64,000 nt of DNA from Candidatus Obscuribacteraceae bacterium (lineage in GTDB: Bacteria; Cyanobacteriota; Vampirovibrionia; Obscuribacterales; Obscuribacteraceae). The stretch is from assembly GCA_044226015.1 (NCBI GenBank), contig JBGAHS010000006.1, positions 224,001 to 288,000 on the forward strand, in the 5' to 3' direction. Both the position numbers and the translations under genes were made by a program. Shown piece by piece: positions 19,926-30,243 of the stretch. Every line of letters begins with the position of its first letter. Within the stretch, counting starts at the first letter, position 1. The notes under the pieces are model-generated. The model was not told the origin of the DNA. It made no database searches and worked only from the letters and a program-made list of their open reading frames with translations.

Positions 19926-20447
19926 CTAAGAATCTGAATACCTGCGGTCAATTGAGCATATTTCCTGCCGGTAATTCAAGACCGCAGAGTAGCATGCTTC
20001 GCAAGCACAAGGGGATTCGGCACGATGGTTGATCTGTTTGAGCTTTGCAATACTTTCAAGATAGGATCTCGAAATTCGATGGACCCGACAATCATCACAA
20101 AGGCACATTCCATTTTGCTTAACCATCTCAGCGTGATTTTGCCGCTTCTTAAGTATGTCCTCAACCTCGGCAGGAGAAATCTCATTAACCTCCATCGGAC
20201 CAGCACAGATCTCTTTCCACGGTGCCCCAGCGGCAGCTTGTCTGACAATCACCTCAAGGACCTGTGCCCTTATTCTTGAACTATAGCTTGCCGCCCCCGA
20301 AGCACTTGCGACGCCAACTGCTACCGTGGCACTAGCAAGAGCAGGCGCGACAACAGGCGTTTTAACAGCAGCGAGGCTCCTGTTAAAACCATAACCCACG
20401 GCGGCAGCAAGTCTTCCGAGGAATTTTCGTCGATTTAATTCGTCCAT
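19926..20447 (-). CDS. Hypothetical protein with twin-arginine-like leader and two CxCxxC motifs
   Basis: LNRRKFLG at the N-terminus; CLCDDC and CACEAC; RBS GGAG upstream. Confidence 0.65.
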   Translation of the reverse strand: MDELNRRKFLGRLAAAVGYGFNRSLAAVKTPVVAPALASATVAVGVASASGAASYSSRIRAQVLEVIVRQAAAGAPWKEICAGPMEVNEISPAEVEDILKKRQNHAEMVKQNGMCLCDDCRVHRISRSYLESIAKLKQINHRAESPCACEACYSAVLNYRQEICSIDRRYSDS

Positions 20448-20695
20448 TAGGATTCTCCGAATAACGATAATCAGCTACCAACCCTCTGAATTACATTGAA
20501 TCACAAAACAGGGAAACATATAGTCGCAGAATTGAGCAGAGACGGGTAGGATGCTCAAGCCTTGGTCAAGACATAAACGACGGTGAGATTAAACGCTTGT
20601 CCAACGTAATTATGAAACAGCTTATTTAAACGGGAAAGGACGATGCTAATTCAGCATCGCCCCCGGGATCGAGTCTTTGTTTTTCGCAAAAGCAG

Positions 20696-21457
20696 CTAAT
20701 AGTTTTTGCGAATGCGGAGCATCAAATTTGCCCCTGCTATATCTTTGTACCCAACAATTTCCAGTTCGGCCTTAACTCCTTTTGATTTTAAGTATTCCCA
20801 TACTGCAGAGAGAAGCGGATTTTCTTTTGAGTTGGGTCCTTTAAGCGGATAAATCCTCACCTCATTTTTAGAAACTCGGAGCATTTCGTTGATTGCTTCA
20901 AGGTGAAAGCTCAATGGGAATTTCTCTTCGTCAAGCATTCCGCCACTAGCTTTTGAAGCATAAGTGAATAGAAAATGACCACTGAGCACCAGATCAAAGG
21001 TTTCATTTGCAAACGGCAGATGCGGAAGCGAACCCACCACGTAGCGTCCATCAGCTTTCCCCCGAGAATAGTCACGAGAGAAGGTGAAGAGTGCACGCTG
21101 TTTTTCAGCTACCCAGCGGGTTTGCTTGTCGCTATCTGCAGAATAGGCATCAAACAGTTCCTTCTGCATTCCAGATTTGATTGAACATAATCTCAAATCT
21201 TGTTCAGCCTTGGGTAGTAGTTCCGGCAGGTTGAACATATAGAGTGGATCGCATGAGACGGCATGAATGCCCATTTCGTTGGCTTCTGCATTAAAAGAAG
21301 CCGGTCCTGAAGCACAGTCAAGCACACGATATCCGATCCATTCATCAGGGCGAAAATTGAACATATCCACGTACTCGTCCAATGTTCTTCCGAGAAAGGC
21401 AACACCGTCAAGCAGAAACTGCTTATCGTCATTTACTTTCCTAACTGATGCGACCAT
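20696..21457 (-). CDS. Class I SAM-dependent methyltransferase
   Basis: VLDCASGPASF, LP.LPF....FDLVLS.HFLF, EMLRV..EVRIYP. Confidence 0.85.
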   Translation of the reverse strand: MVASVRKVNDDKQFLLDGVAFLGRTLDEYVDMFNFRPDEWIGYRVLDCASGPASFNAEANEMGIHAVSCDPLYMFNLPELLPKAEQDLRLCSIKSGMQKELFDAYSADSDKQTRWVAEKQRALFTFSRDYSRGKADGRYVVGSLPHLPFANETFDLVLSGHFLFTYASKASGGMLDEEKFPLSFHLEAINEMLRVSKNEVRIYPLKGPNSKENPLLSAVWEYLKSKGVKAELEIVGYKDIAGANLMLRIRKNY

Positions 21458-21543
21458 GATTTCGTGTCCCTCACTGCCATGGTCACTACTTTAGCGATCA
21501 AATATGAGGAACTTGTGTGGATTATGTAAAAAGGTAGCTTTAC

Positions 21544-22569
21544 TTAGTTGGATTTGTAAAGCGAGGAAAGTTTATTGAAATCATTGGCAGTTGGATTAGC
21601 CGCAGCTGTCAAAGTGAAATACATTACGTCATTTGGACGAGGGCTGTGTTCCATCACGCCCAGCGCATGTCCAATTTCATGCAAGCACAGTGCCTTCACT
21701 TCCCGCTCTGATAGGACGGCATTGTTGACCACGCGCTTGGTTAGAAGCGTGATTTTTGCATGCGTAACAACAGGTCCTATGTGTTTCAAAACAGCTTCGC
21801 CGCCTTCACCTATCGATGAAAGTTTGCTTACGTCGTCAGTCCATACGCATTCGATATCAGCTTGTGACAAATCATCGACAAACTGAAAGGACAATGCACC
21901 AGAACCGCTCCACGAGAGGAAGGCATCGCGCAATGAGTCATTGAAAGAAGTCTTGAAGCCACCTACTCCGTCGGCTCCGTGTACATAGACCTTCAGAAGA
22001 CTTTTGTCCCAGCGATAGTTTGAAGTCTTAGACGAGCTAGCCATCTTGTTAGATTCCATTTGCAAATGGCTGACGATATCAGCAATAACAGCGCGGTCTG
22101 GCGCTGAAGGAAATTGCATCATGTATTGGTTATACAATTCGGCAGCGCGATTCAAATTTCCGCTAAGTTGATATGAAGCAGCAAGAGTGACAAGCGGTGC
22201 TGGCTCATTTGGTTGCATCTGATGAGCATATTCTAGATGTGAGATTGCTTCCTGTGCGCGCCCAGTTTTGTTCAAAAGCAAACCGAGATTACAATGAGCA
22301 CTGGCCAGACCAGGCTCAAGGCTCAGCGCTGTCCGTAACTTGGATTCAGCCTCTTCGTACTGAGCCGAATTTAGAAGTGCACATGCTTCGTTAGAAAGTG
22401 ATCGAGAACGACGCATGTCAGCGAAACTCACAGGGGGCAAACCGGCGTTGTAAGCCATCGTGGCCGCAGAGCTGTGGGTTTCGCTAACATATCGTTCAGC
22501 GCAACTTGCCGTCACATTCATTTGTGACAGCAAGCACGACAAAGCCAAGGCTAATACAGAAGCCTTCAT
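21544..22569 (-). CDS. Secreted TPR-repeat + matrixin (M10-like) zinc metalloprotease
   Basis: Signal peptide; TPR repeats (AHCNLGLLL...A...LE.A....P); HEIGHALG..EHS...NDVM zincin motif and Met-turn. Confidence 0.85.
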   Translation of the reverse strand: MKASVLALALSCLLSQMNVTASCAERYVSETHSSAATMAYNAGLPPVSFADMRRSRSLSNEACALLNSAQYEEAESKLRTALSLEPGLASAHCNLGLLLNKTGRAQEAISHLEYAHQMQPNEPAPLVTLAASYQLSGNLNRAAELYNQYMMQFPSAPDRAVIADIVSHLQMESNKMASSSKTSNYRWDKSLLKVYVHGADGVGGFKTSFNDSLRDAFLSWSGSGALSFQFVDDLSQADIECVWTDDVSKLSSIGEGGEAVLKHIGPVVTHAKITLLTKRVVNNAVLSEREVKALCLHEIGHALGVMEHSPRPNDVMYFTLTAAANPTANDFNKLSSLYKSN

Positions 22570-23009
22570 TAACGCTAACCAGAGAGATGAGTGATGAAAA
22601 AATGCCCGCCGAACGAATAATCGTTCGAGCCTGACAACTACTTTATGCCCTTACAACCGCCGCTTTACACCTGTTTTTAAAAGGTCAAGTTAAAACTGCT
22701 ATTTTTCTAGATTAAATCCAAAATAAGCTGGTTAACGGTGCCTCAAAACCAAAACCTGGCGTGGCTTCCAGTCTTCAAACATTAAATCTAGAATCGCTCA
22801 ATTTGGCTTAGCGGCTTTGTGTTTTGTTCAGTTCTGACCATCGTCCAGTCCAAATCAATGCCTATGGAGGACTAAAGACAGTCTTTATACGTTAAATTCA
22901 CGCCCGAACGCCTAGGATTTGAGAGCGTTGCACCTCTACCTACCTGTGTCAGCTCTTTTCGACAGCATAAGTAGCAAGGCACACTCAAGCGAGTGAAACT
23001 GGATATCAA

Positions 23010-24839
23010 ATGGAGACCCCTGATAGCAAATCTGAGAATCTCGACCCAAATCTAGCAAGGGGGTCCCATTTCGACTTGCCCAAGGGAACGCTAATAGACG
23101 GTCGTTTTCAAATAGATGAATTAATCGCTGAGCGCAGTACAACGGGCAGCATTTATTCTGGAAAACACCTGTTGCTGGATAGAAAAATCGCTCTGAAATT
23201 TCTCCACTCAAACAGTAAGGAGTCACATGCAAGGTTTCACCGTGAAGCACAAGCACTAGCTCAGCTTGAACACACGCATATAGCGAAAGTTTTCGGGTTT
23301 GGCTGCTTCGAGACAATGCCCTATGTATCTGTCGAATTTGTGCAAGGTCAGACACTTGCTGAATTGCTAAAACAAAAAACACGATTCACTGCGGCTGAAG
23401 CGTTTCCACTTTTCCATCAACTGCTAGACGCGTTAGAACATGCCCATGAGAATGGAGTGATACATCGTAAGCTCTGTCCGTCAAACATTCTCATAGAATC
23501 ACAAACTGGTTCGGTGAAACTTATTGATTTTGGACTTGGAAAACTGTGTTCCAAGCGAAGTGAGCAAATGAATTCCCAAACAGATGAGTTGGGCGAAGAT
23601 CTGCGCTATTCAAGTCCAGAACAAACGAAGGGACTACCCGCTGATGCGAGTTCAGATCTTTATGCAGCGGCATGTTTGATGTTTCAGGTTTTAGATGGCA
23701 GAATTTACAGTGAAGTTCAAAAAATAAATCAGTCAAATAAGTCGATGAGTAATTCGAGACTGATCAGTCCTTATCTTGATACGGAAAAAGGAGCTGTTAT
23801 TCTTTCTGCACTCAGCCCCTCGCCTGATCAACGCCCACGCTCTGCGCTTGAATTTAGCGAAGCATTGTTGAATCCGCAATGGCATTCATTGAACAAAGAT
23901 TGTTATGCAGATAAAAAATGGAAGCGTCTACTGCTTGCCGTTTGCTCAATCATTCTTCTAGCCGCAATCGCTTTAACACAGAGAGTGACGGGTACTGTTG
24001 CGACCAAACCTGCATCCGACACAAACAACTCTGTGACGGCAACTAAGATCCTTTCATCGAAGACTAATCCAGCACCCATAAATGCTACGATTTCATTGAG
24101 AGAAAGGGTACATCGAAGAGCTCTCACAACTGTCGACCAACTAAAACTAGCCCGTGCACAGTATCATATCGGACTAACACAAGAAAACTACAAAAACGCT
24201 CTTCCTCACTACAAGGCAGCAATAGAGTACTACCAGGATGCACTAAAAGGAACGTATGCAGAAAACAAACCCACGCTGGCAACTTTGCGAGTAAGATCTG
24301 CGATCTCGGAAACAGCAATGGCTTACTTTGGAACCCAAAAGCAGCACTTAGTTGAGCCCGATCCGAAAATTTCTCAACTGGTAAGATCCTCTGCTGAAAT
24401 AGTTTGCTCAATGGACCCAGAACAACTTCCTTTCCTGCCAGACGGTTTGGTGATTCCCGAAGGCTCACTCAACAGCACTATCGACTGCATCTCGGTTTCA
24501 CACACAATCCTCGCATCTCTCTACCTGACTGACCCTACTATCAGTGGACTCGCTGATGATGCTGCGGCATTAGAGCATTGCAACAAGGCTATCGAGATAT
24601 CAGAAAATGGCAATCTGCTTGAACTCGCTTACGCGGAGAGAGCAAAAGCATTTTTGTTAGCAAAACAAGGCAAAATATCCGAAGCAGAGCAGGAAATCCG
24701 AGATGTGCAGCACCGGCTGATTCTTACAGATGCAGACAGATTCACCAGAGAGAAAATAGAAGAAATTATCCTCAGGAGCCGCGAAGAAATAGCACGCGTT
24801 GGAGTTGCTCCTGGTAATTCTCATATCAAGACAAAATAG
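23010..24839 (+). CDS. Ser/Thr kinase-like protein with degenerate catalytic motifs (probable pseudokinase), TM and TPR-like C-terminus
   Basis: IALK and DFG kept; HRKLCPSN replaces HRDLKPSN; Gly-loop replaced by IAERSTTGSIY. Confidence 0.8.
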   Translation: METPDSKSENLDPNLARGSHFDLPKGTLIDGRFQIDELIAERSTTGSIYSGKHLLLDRKIALKFLHSNSKESHARFHREAQALAQLEHTHIAKVFGFGCFETMPYVSVEFVQGQTLAELLKQKTRFTAAEAFPLFHQLLDALEHAHENGVIHRKLCPSNILIESQTGSVKLIDFGLGKLCSKRSEQMNSQTDELGEDLRYSSPEQTKGLPADASSDLYAAACLMFQVLDGRIYSEVQKINQSNKSMSNSRLISPYLDTEKGAVILSALSPSPDQRPRSALEFSEALLNPQWHSLNKDCYADKKWKRLLLAVCSIILLAAIALTQRVTGTVATKPASDTNNSVTATKILSSKTNPAPINATISLRERVHRRALTTVDQLKLARAQYHIGLTQENYKNALPHYKAAIEYYQDALKGTYAENKPTLATLRVRSAISETAMAYFGTQKQHLVEPDPKISQLVRSSAEIVCSMDPEQLPFLPDGLVIPEGSLNSTIDCISVSHTILASLYLTDPTISGLADDAAALEHCNKAIEISENGNLLELAYAERAKAFLLAKQGKISEAEQEIRDVQHRLILTDADRFTREKIEEIILRSREEIARVGVAPGNSHIKTK

Positions 24840-25050
24840 CTGCGCTGGAGATGAGAGGAATGAAAAAGGTCATAGTCCAGCATGAAATACGCTGGCATTA
24901 TTAATGACCCTAGCAGTGACTATGGTTAATTCCACTTCTACTCTAAACAAATTATATTTAGAGACGAAATTATTAATCAAAAGCTCTTTCATCAGGCTGC
25001 GCTTCCGCGTTGCTGTGGATCTGCTTATCTTTAAGTGCTGGAGAATCAAA

Positions 25051-27801
25051 ATGATCGAAATGGAATCATCCACCGACCCTCGCGAACACAAGTGGAAAAG
25101 TTATTGCGAGAAAGCCTCCGAAGGAGAACACGTAAATCAAGAGTCAGAGACCTCCAGTCCTTTTCAGATTGGGGCAGCGTCTGCGTTAATTGTTTGCGGA
25201 GTAATTCTCCCCGTCTTTGCTATCACCTTTGGTGCCATCTATTCCTTCGAGGGCATCTGGCGACTTACTATTTTGCATCCCCTTGAAACACTATTAGAAT
25301 CGGCATTGATTTGCTCCGTGCCATTTTCCAATTTTATGGCATGGCATGCCTACTGCAAGAATGACCTCCGCCGCCCAATCAGAACAGGAATTCTCAATGG
25401 AATAGCAATTGCAGTGCCAGCGTTGACGCTGTCTATTTCAGTAGCAGCACTTGCTCTAAACTATCCCCTAATTGACACCGTAAATCAAACTCGTCACGAT
25501 CTGAGCATTGGTTTGATGGGATTGGTTTCGCTATGTTCAATGCTTAGCGCGATGTACATCACGCATAAATTGCGACAGGCAAAACAAACACGCGATGCAA
25601 AATGGAGAACAATTCTGTATTCCATGTTGGGAATTGGGCTTACCTTAGTTTCATTCCTGGGAGCCGAAGCCCGATCGACCTACATAAGAGTCGCTCAAAA
25701 CCTAGCTCTTTCCGATGACAACACAGAAAGAGAACATGGACTCAAGATGCTTCGAGAATCAGGGCCAGAGAAAGAGCTTAAAATCATTTGTGCAGATCCG
25801 CATGCTGCCGGGCTAGCTGGAATGTTCCTACCTCTCAACACAGATGCGCAAAGAAGGCTGTTTTTCGCTGGAACAGGCAAGCCGTATAGGGACGAAAAAA
25901 GCACGGACATCAGTCTCATGTCGAATGACTATTTGAGAAACCATGTTGTCGGCACAGCTGTTGAAGGACTTTCACTACATCGCTCAGCAATCTTTGGTGT
26001 TGTTCACCCTGAAACGCTAACGTCCTCACTGACATGGACTTTTGTGTTCAAGAATAAAACGTACGTGAATCAGGAAGCACGTGCCGAAATCTCCATTCCC
26101 GAAGGTGCCGTACTTTCAGGACTGACGCTGTGGATAAATGGAAAACCCAGACCGGCAGTTTTTAGCTCAACCGACGCGACAGTCATGAGTTCTGTCAATT
26201 TCGTGAGTCAGCAAGACAAGACACCGGCACTTGTAACCGACCTGGGACGCGGACGCTATTTACTCTCCGCATCGCCTATTCCTGGTCAGCAAGAACTTAA
26301 GGTACAAGTAAAGCTTACGCAGCCTCTCAAGCTTGACGGCGCTAACCATGCTGCTCTCGGCATGCCTCGGTTCATCGATGAAAACTTCGCTTTGCAAGGA
26401 CAGCATAGTCTGACCTTACGCTCAACTGCAAAACTTACAAGCGAATTACAATCGATAAAAACTACACAAACCGCTGATGGTGCGCAAATACTATCGGGCA
26501 CACTTTCTCAAGAAGACATAAGCAAAACAGCTTTTTCAGTAAAACTAGACAAACCAATCACCTTCGCAAATGTTGCAATGCTCGATCCATATAATCGCAA
26601 TATGCGATTTCTTGTCGAACAATTAAAAACACGTTCAGTCAAAGCACCAAAGCATCTCACAGTTGTTGTTGATTCATCAGCAGCAATGGAAAATCGGAAG
26701 AACGAAGTAGTTGAAGCACTCAGTAAGATGCCAGCCCAAATTGATGCAAGATTGATGATTGCTGGTGATAAGGAAAACGAATCCACATACACACTGGATG
26801 AGGGCATCAAGAAACTCAAGTCGAACAATTTTACGGGTGGACAAGACAATCTTTTCGCTCTGGTCAAAGCAGCCGAGAAAGCTGGTGAAAGTAGTGGCGG
26901 AGCGATACTCTGGATTCACGGACCTCAGCCAGGTTTCAACAACGAAATGTATACAATGTCACCATATGCGAGCGCTCCGGCGTTTTTCGAAATAGCACTG
27001 GATGATTGTTTAACGAATACGAATGAATTCTTCAAGAATCACTCAGAGATTGGTCCCTTCGAAGCAGTCTCAAGAAGCGGATCTCTCAAAGATGACCTCA
27101 AATCATTCCTGTCGAAATGGGAGCCAGGCGCAGCCGAAACCTACATTGACGTGGTCGCTGAGTCAACTCCGCCATCGCAAATCAACGTATTAACAGACGC
27201 TGCGATTGCATCGGAAGTAGCAACACTAAACGCCGCAAAGAGAATCAAATCTCTTCTGGCACAAAATAAGAATATGGAAGCAGCTGAGCAAGCAATTCGC
27301 TACCAGATTGTGAGTCCAATTAGTGCGGCAATGGTTTTGAACAACGCCGCCGATTACGGAAGGATTGGTCTAGCACTTAACGGACAAGACAGTCCGAAAG
27401 CTAAACCAACACAAACGCAGACAGACGAAGTCGCTAGCACTGACGCATTCCAAAATGCCGCACCATCGCTCCAAGGAGCAACAAGCGGAACTGTTCTAAA
27501 CAACGACAACACTGTAATTATCTCAGGAGTTAACACAGCCGGAACAGTCAGAGTAAACAATCTTGCAAATCTCGAAGCACTTCTGAACATAGGCTCAAAC
27601 TTGACTGAAATATTCGGTCTGGCTCTGGGCACGGTCAATGTGGTCTTCGGATTCATGAATCGCGCTGTAGTGTTCCCGTTCCGAATGTCGCCTCGCCTGC
27701 GCATCGCATTTGGTATCGCTATAGGTGTTGCAGCAGTCACAGTTCCGGGATGCATGAACTGGCTAGTGTCTTCTGCAAGAGATGCGAATCTGTTTAGCTA
27801 G
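25051..27801 (+). CDS. Multi-pass membrane protein with VIT domain, vWA-like region and C-terminal two-TM tail
   Basis: About six N-terminal TM helices; WT.VFKN....QEARA.I.IPEG.V.S.LTLWING VIT signature; VVVDSS..M vWA-like; RBS GGAG before ATG 25051. Confidence 0.75.
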   Translation: MIEMESSTDPREHKWKSYCEKASEGEHVNQESETSSPFQIGAASALIVCGVILPVFAITFGAIYSFEGIWRLTILHPLETLLESALICSVPFSNFMAWHAYCKNDLRRPIRTGILNGIAIAVPALTLSISVAALALNYPLIDTVNQTRHDLSIGLMGLVSLCSMLSAMYITHKLRQAKQTRDAKWRTILYSMLGIGLTLVSFLGAEARSTYIRVAQNLALSDDNTEREHGLKMLRESGPEKELKIICADPHAAGLAGMFLPLNTDAQRRLFFAGTGKPYRDEKSTDISLMSNDYLRNHVVGTAVEGLSLHRSAIFGVVHPETLTSSLTWTFVFKNKTYVNQEARAEISIPEGAVLSGLTLWINGKPRPAVFSSTDATVMSSVNFVSQQDKTPALVTDLGRGRYLLSASPIPGQQELKVQVKLTQPLKLDGANHAALGMPRFIDENFALQGQHSLTLRSTAKLTSELQSIKTTQTADGAQILSGTLSQEDISKTAFSVKLDKPITFANVAMLDPYNRNMRFLVEQLKTRSVKAPKHLTVVVDSSAAMENRKNEVVEALSKMPAQIDARLMIAGDKENESTYTLDEGIKKLKSNNFTGGQDNLFALVKAAEKAGESSGGAILWIHGPQPGFNNEMYTMSPYASAPAFFEIALDDCLTNTNEFFKNHSEIGPFEAVSRSGSLKDDLKSFLSKWEPGAAETYIDVVAESTPPSQINVLTDAAIASEVATLNAAKRIKSLLAQNKNMEAAEQAIRYQIVSPISAAMVLNNAADYGRIGLALNGQDSPKAKPTQTQTDEVASTDAFQNAAPSLQGATSGTVLNNDNTVIISGVNTAGTVRVNNLANLEALLNIGSNLTEIFGLALGTVNVVFGFMNRAVVFPFRMSPRLRIAFGIAIGVAAVTVPGCMNWLVSSARDANLFS

Positions 27802-27823
27802 TTCATTCAATCGCCCTTTAAAC

Positions 27824-27860
27824 AAAAGAGAGCCTGAGATTTTCGGGCTCTCTTTTCTTT
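27824..27860. terminator. Bidirectional intrinsic terminator
   Basis: AAAAGAGAGCCTGA-gatt-TTCGGGCTCTCTTTT(CTTT) between convergent genes. Confidence 0.8.
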
Positions 27861-27988
27861 TGAAACAAGTATCGCAAAGTTCTTAGTCCTTCAAATTATA
27901 GAAAAGTTCTCCTTCTTTTGTTGACAAACTAAGCGCGAAACCGCCTTGAACAGCAGTTTTATCACGCATAATTTATGGATAATCAAAG

Positions 27989-29272
27989 CTAGGTATCGGT
28001 ACAAAAACTCTCGAACGAATCTAGCCAGTAGGGAGCAGCTGGGTCCAATTGAAATTCGCTTTTTACACCTTCAGCACACAATTGCTCAATAAACGAACTC
28101 AAAAATTCAGGCGAGCATTTCTCACGCACGTATTCGATCGCATTTCTTCCGATGCTAGCAAGCGTTTCTCGATCAGCTAAAAGTCTCAGGATCTCCGTAG
28201 CGAGGACTTCGCTATCCTCGGGAGCAACTAGCCAGCTATTTTCGCGGTGAGTTAAGAACTCGCCTAAACTGCCAATGTTCGATGTGATCACTGTTCCACC
28301 AGCAGCCATTGACTCCAGCACATGATACATACACCCACAATAGCGAAAGGGGTAGACGACGAGATCCGCCTGCCTTGCAAGACGGACACGCGAGCCCTCA
28401 TCGAGTGGCTTTAGTATTTCAACTCTAGACCGAGCATCGTTGTCTAGTTCATTCAACACAGATTCACAGTAAGGATGTTTCTCGCCAAACGAGGGTGGCG
28501 TCTCGCCGGCAAAAACGAAGCGAACTTGCGAATTCTTTTGTAATATCGCAGGAATTGCTCGCATCAAGATGTCGAAACCTTTGTACCTCTCAAGCGTACC
28601 TATGTAGGCAACAATTGGTGAGCCTTCAAGATGCAGGTGATCAAATTGCGATACGGCATGCGTCACATTCTTTTCCACAGACTTCAAATCGATCGGATGC
28701 GGATAAACGGACATTTCCGATTCAATTATTTTTGCGGTTTGTGAAATAGCATTTCTAACATCAGCGCTAGGGCAGCTGATCTTAGCCATAGAGCGCAAGG
28801 CACTGACCTCCATTGCAGTAACCATCGCAACATCGGCAGGACTGAATTGCTGATCGAAATTCAGTCGCATAATCTCAAAATGAGGTGTCACGCTCAGAAG
28901 CACGACAGGTGCCGCGCCTTCCTTTACCCAAACAAGTCCATCGAGAGCCTTCACGCAGATGATAGCATCAGGAGAAAAGGTAGTAATGTCATCTGCAAAC
29001 TGACGCTTTAGTTCTACTGACCTTGAAAGAAGCCATGCTGAGACTGGAAAGGAATTGAGCTGATAAAAGCGTTCATACCGATGGAGCCCATCTGTTCCAG
29101 CACAATGCAGATCATCATCAGATGCGATATCAGCTTCGGTCGCCACCAAAGTGAATACTTTAACAAAATGACCTCTTTGGCGAAGACCTTTAACAATCAG
29201 CTTGAAGAATGAGCTGGTGACTACATCGAGTTCATCACCAGAATAGTAGTTTGTTATAAACGCAAGTTTCAA
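27989..29272 (-). CDS. GT4-family glycosyltransferase
   Basis: YIG.LE..KG.D.L..A, V.P.......VLESMAAG..VI.S..G...E; start overlaps the upstream stop (TTGA). Confidence 0.85.
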   Translation of the reverse strand: MKLAFITNYYSGDELDVVTSSFFKLIVKGLRQRGHFVKVFTLVATEADIASDDDLHCAGTDGLHRYERFYQLNSFPVSAWLLSRSVELKRQFADDITTFSPDAIICVKALDGLVWVKEGAAPVVLLSVTPHFEIMRLNFDQQFSPADVAMVTAMEVSALRSMAKISCPSADVRNAISQTAKIIESEMSVYPHPIDLKSVEKNVTHAVSQFDHLHLEGSPIVAYIGTLERYKGFDILMRAIPAILQKNSQVRFVFAGETPPSFGEKHPYCESVLNELDNDARSRVEILKPLDEGSRVRLARQADLVVYPFRYCGCMYHVLESMAAGGTVITSNIGSLGEFLTHRENSWLVAPEDSEVLATEILRLLADRETLASIGRNAIEYVREKCSPEFLSSFIEQLCAEGVKSEFQLDPAAPYWLDSFESFCTDT

Positions 29273-30141
29273 AACCAGGCTCTCTTCTTTCCGGAGGCAT
29301 TCATCTTGGCTTTCATTTCCTCGTGCACTTTCGTGAGTTCCTCATGGTCGGCGAGCAGCTGGACATAACGGTCTTCAATTTCGTGGTAAGCAGAATAAAT
29401 CTCCTGGTAGAGATCTTGAAGTTGGAAGTATTTGCCCTGCATCGTCTCCAAGATAACTGGCAGATTTTTCGAGTAAGATTCCGCATGATAGCGGGCAAAG
29501 CTTGCTAGTGATTTCTCTCGGTTAGACTTTGATTTGCCTCGCGCATGCTTTCGATATTTGTACATAGGCTTCTCTATGCGCCGAAACCGCACCCCTTGTT
29601 CTAGCAGAGAAAGCCACAACTCATCATCGTCATGGTAAACATCTTCTTTATAGCCACCGACTTTTTGGTGGAGTTCTCGTTTGTACAAGAATGTAGTCGG
29701 TGAGAAAACACCAGACAGAATATTCACGATTGTACAGTCAGGCGTAAACACAAAGCTGTGTTCCCCAAAAACCTGAGTAAGGGTGTAGACGCCTCCCAAA
29801 TCTGGTGCACGCTGCAATTCCTGCAAAGTTTCACTGACATATTCTTTATCGATCAAATCATCGGAGTCGAGCGGAACGATTAATGAACCGTTAGCAATCG
29901 CAATTCCCGCGTTCTTAGCGGCGGCAGAACCGAGATTGCGCTCTTGCTTGACCAGTTTAACCTTTCCTAGCAGCTGACAATCGTTCAAAATCTCAGTGGC
30001 AGGGCGGGGACCAGCGTCGTCAACAACTATAACTTCGCATTTAGGATACGTTTGCTCAAGTGCCGATTTTACAGCCTCCGGCAAGAACTGAGCATGATCA
30101 TAAAACGGTATAACTATCGAAACGACTGGGTCTTCTAGCAT
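29269..30141 (-). CDS. GT2-family glycosyltransferase with C-terminal coiled coil
   Basis: VSIVIP.Y....FL.EAV.S.L.QTY...EVIVVDD, LDSDD; RBS AGAGGA before ATG 30141. Confidence 0.9.
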   Translation of the reverse strand: MLEDPVVSIVIPFYDHAQFLPEAVKSALEQTYPKCEVIVVDDAGPRPATEILNDCQLLGKVKLVKQERNLGSAAAKNAGIAIANGSLIVPLDSDDLIDKEYVSETLQELQRAPDLGGVYTLTQVFGEHSFVFTPDCTIVNILSGVFSPTTFLYKRELHQKVGGYKEDVYHDDDELWLSLLEQGVRFRRIEKPMYKYRKHARGKSKSNREKSLASFARYHAESYSKNLPVILETMQGKYFQLQDLYQEIYSAYHEIEDRYVQLLADHEELTKVHEEMKAKMNASGKKRAWF

Positions 30142-30243
30142 TTCGAGTCCTCTAACGTACTTTCGCACTTTATCAAAGCGAATTCACATGGACATTAGCC
30201 GCTTGTTATTCAATCAAATGATGCAATCTAAGATAATTAGACT

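Noticed and set aside
20460..20690. Possible ncRNA between two minus-strand genes
   Set aside because: Only a terminator-like hairpin (CGATGCT-aattc-AGCATCG) is visible; no family features
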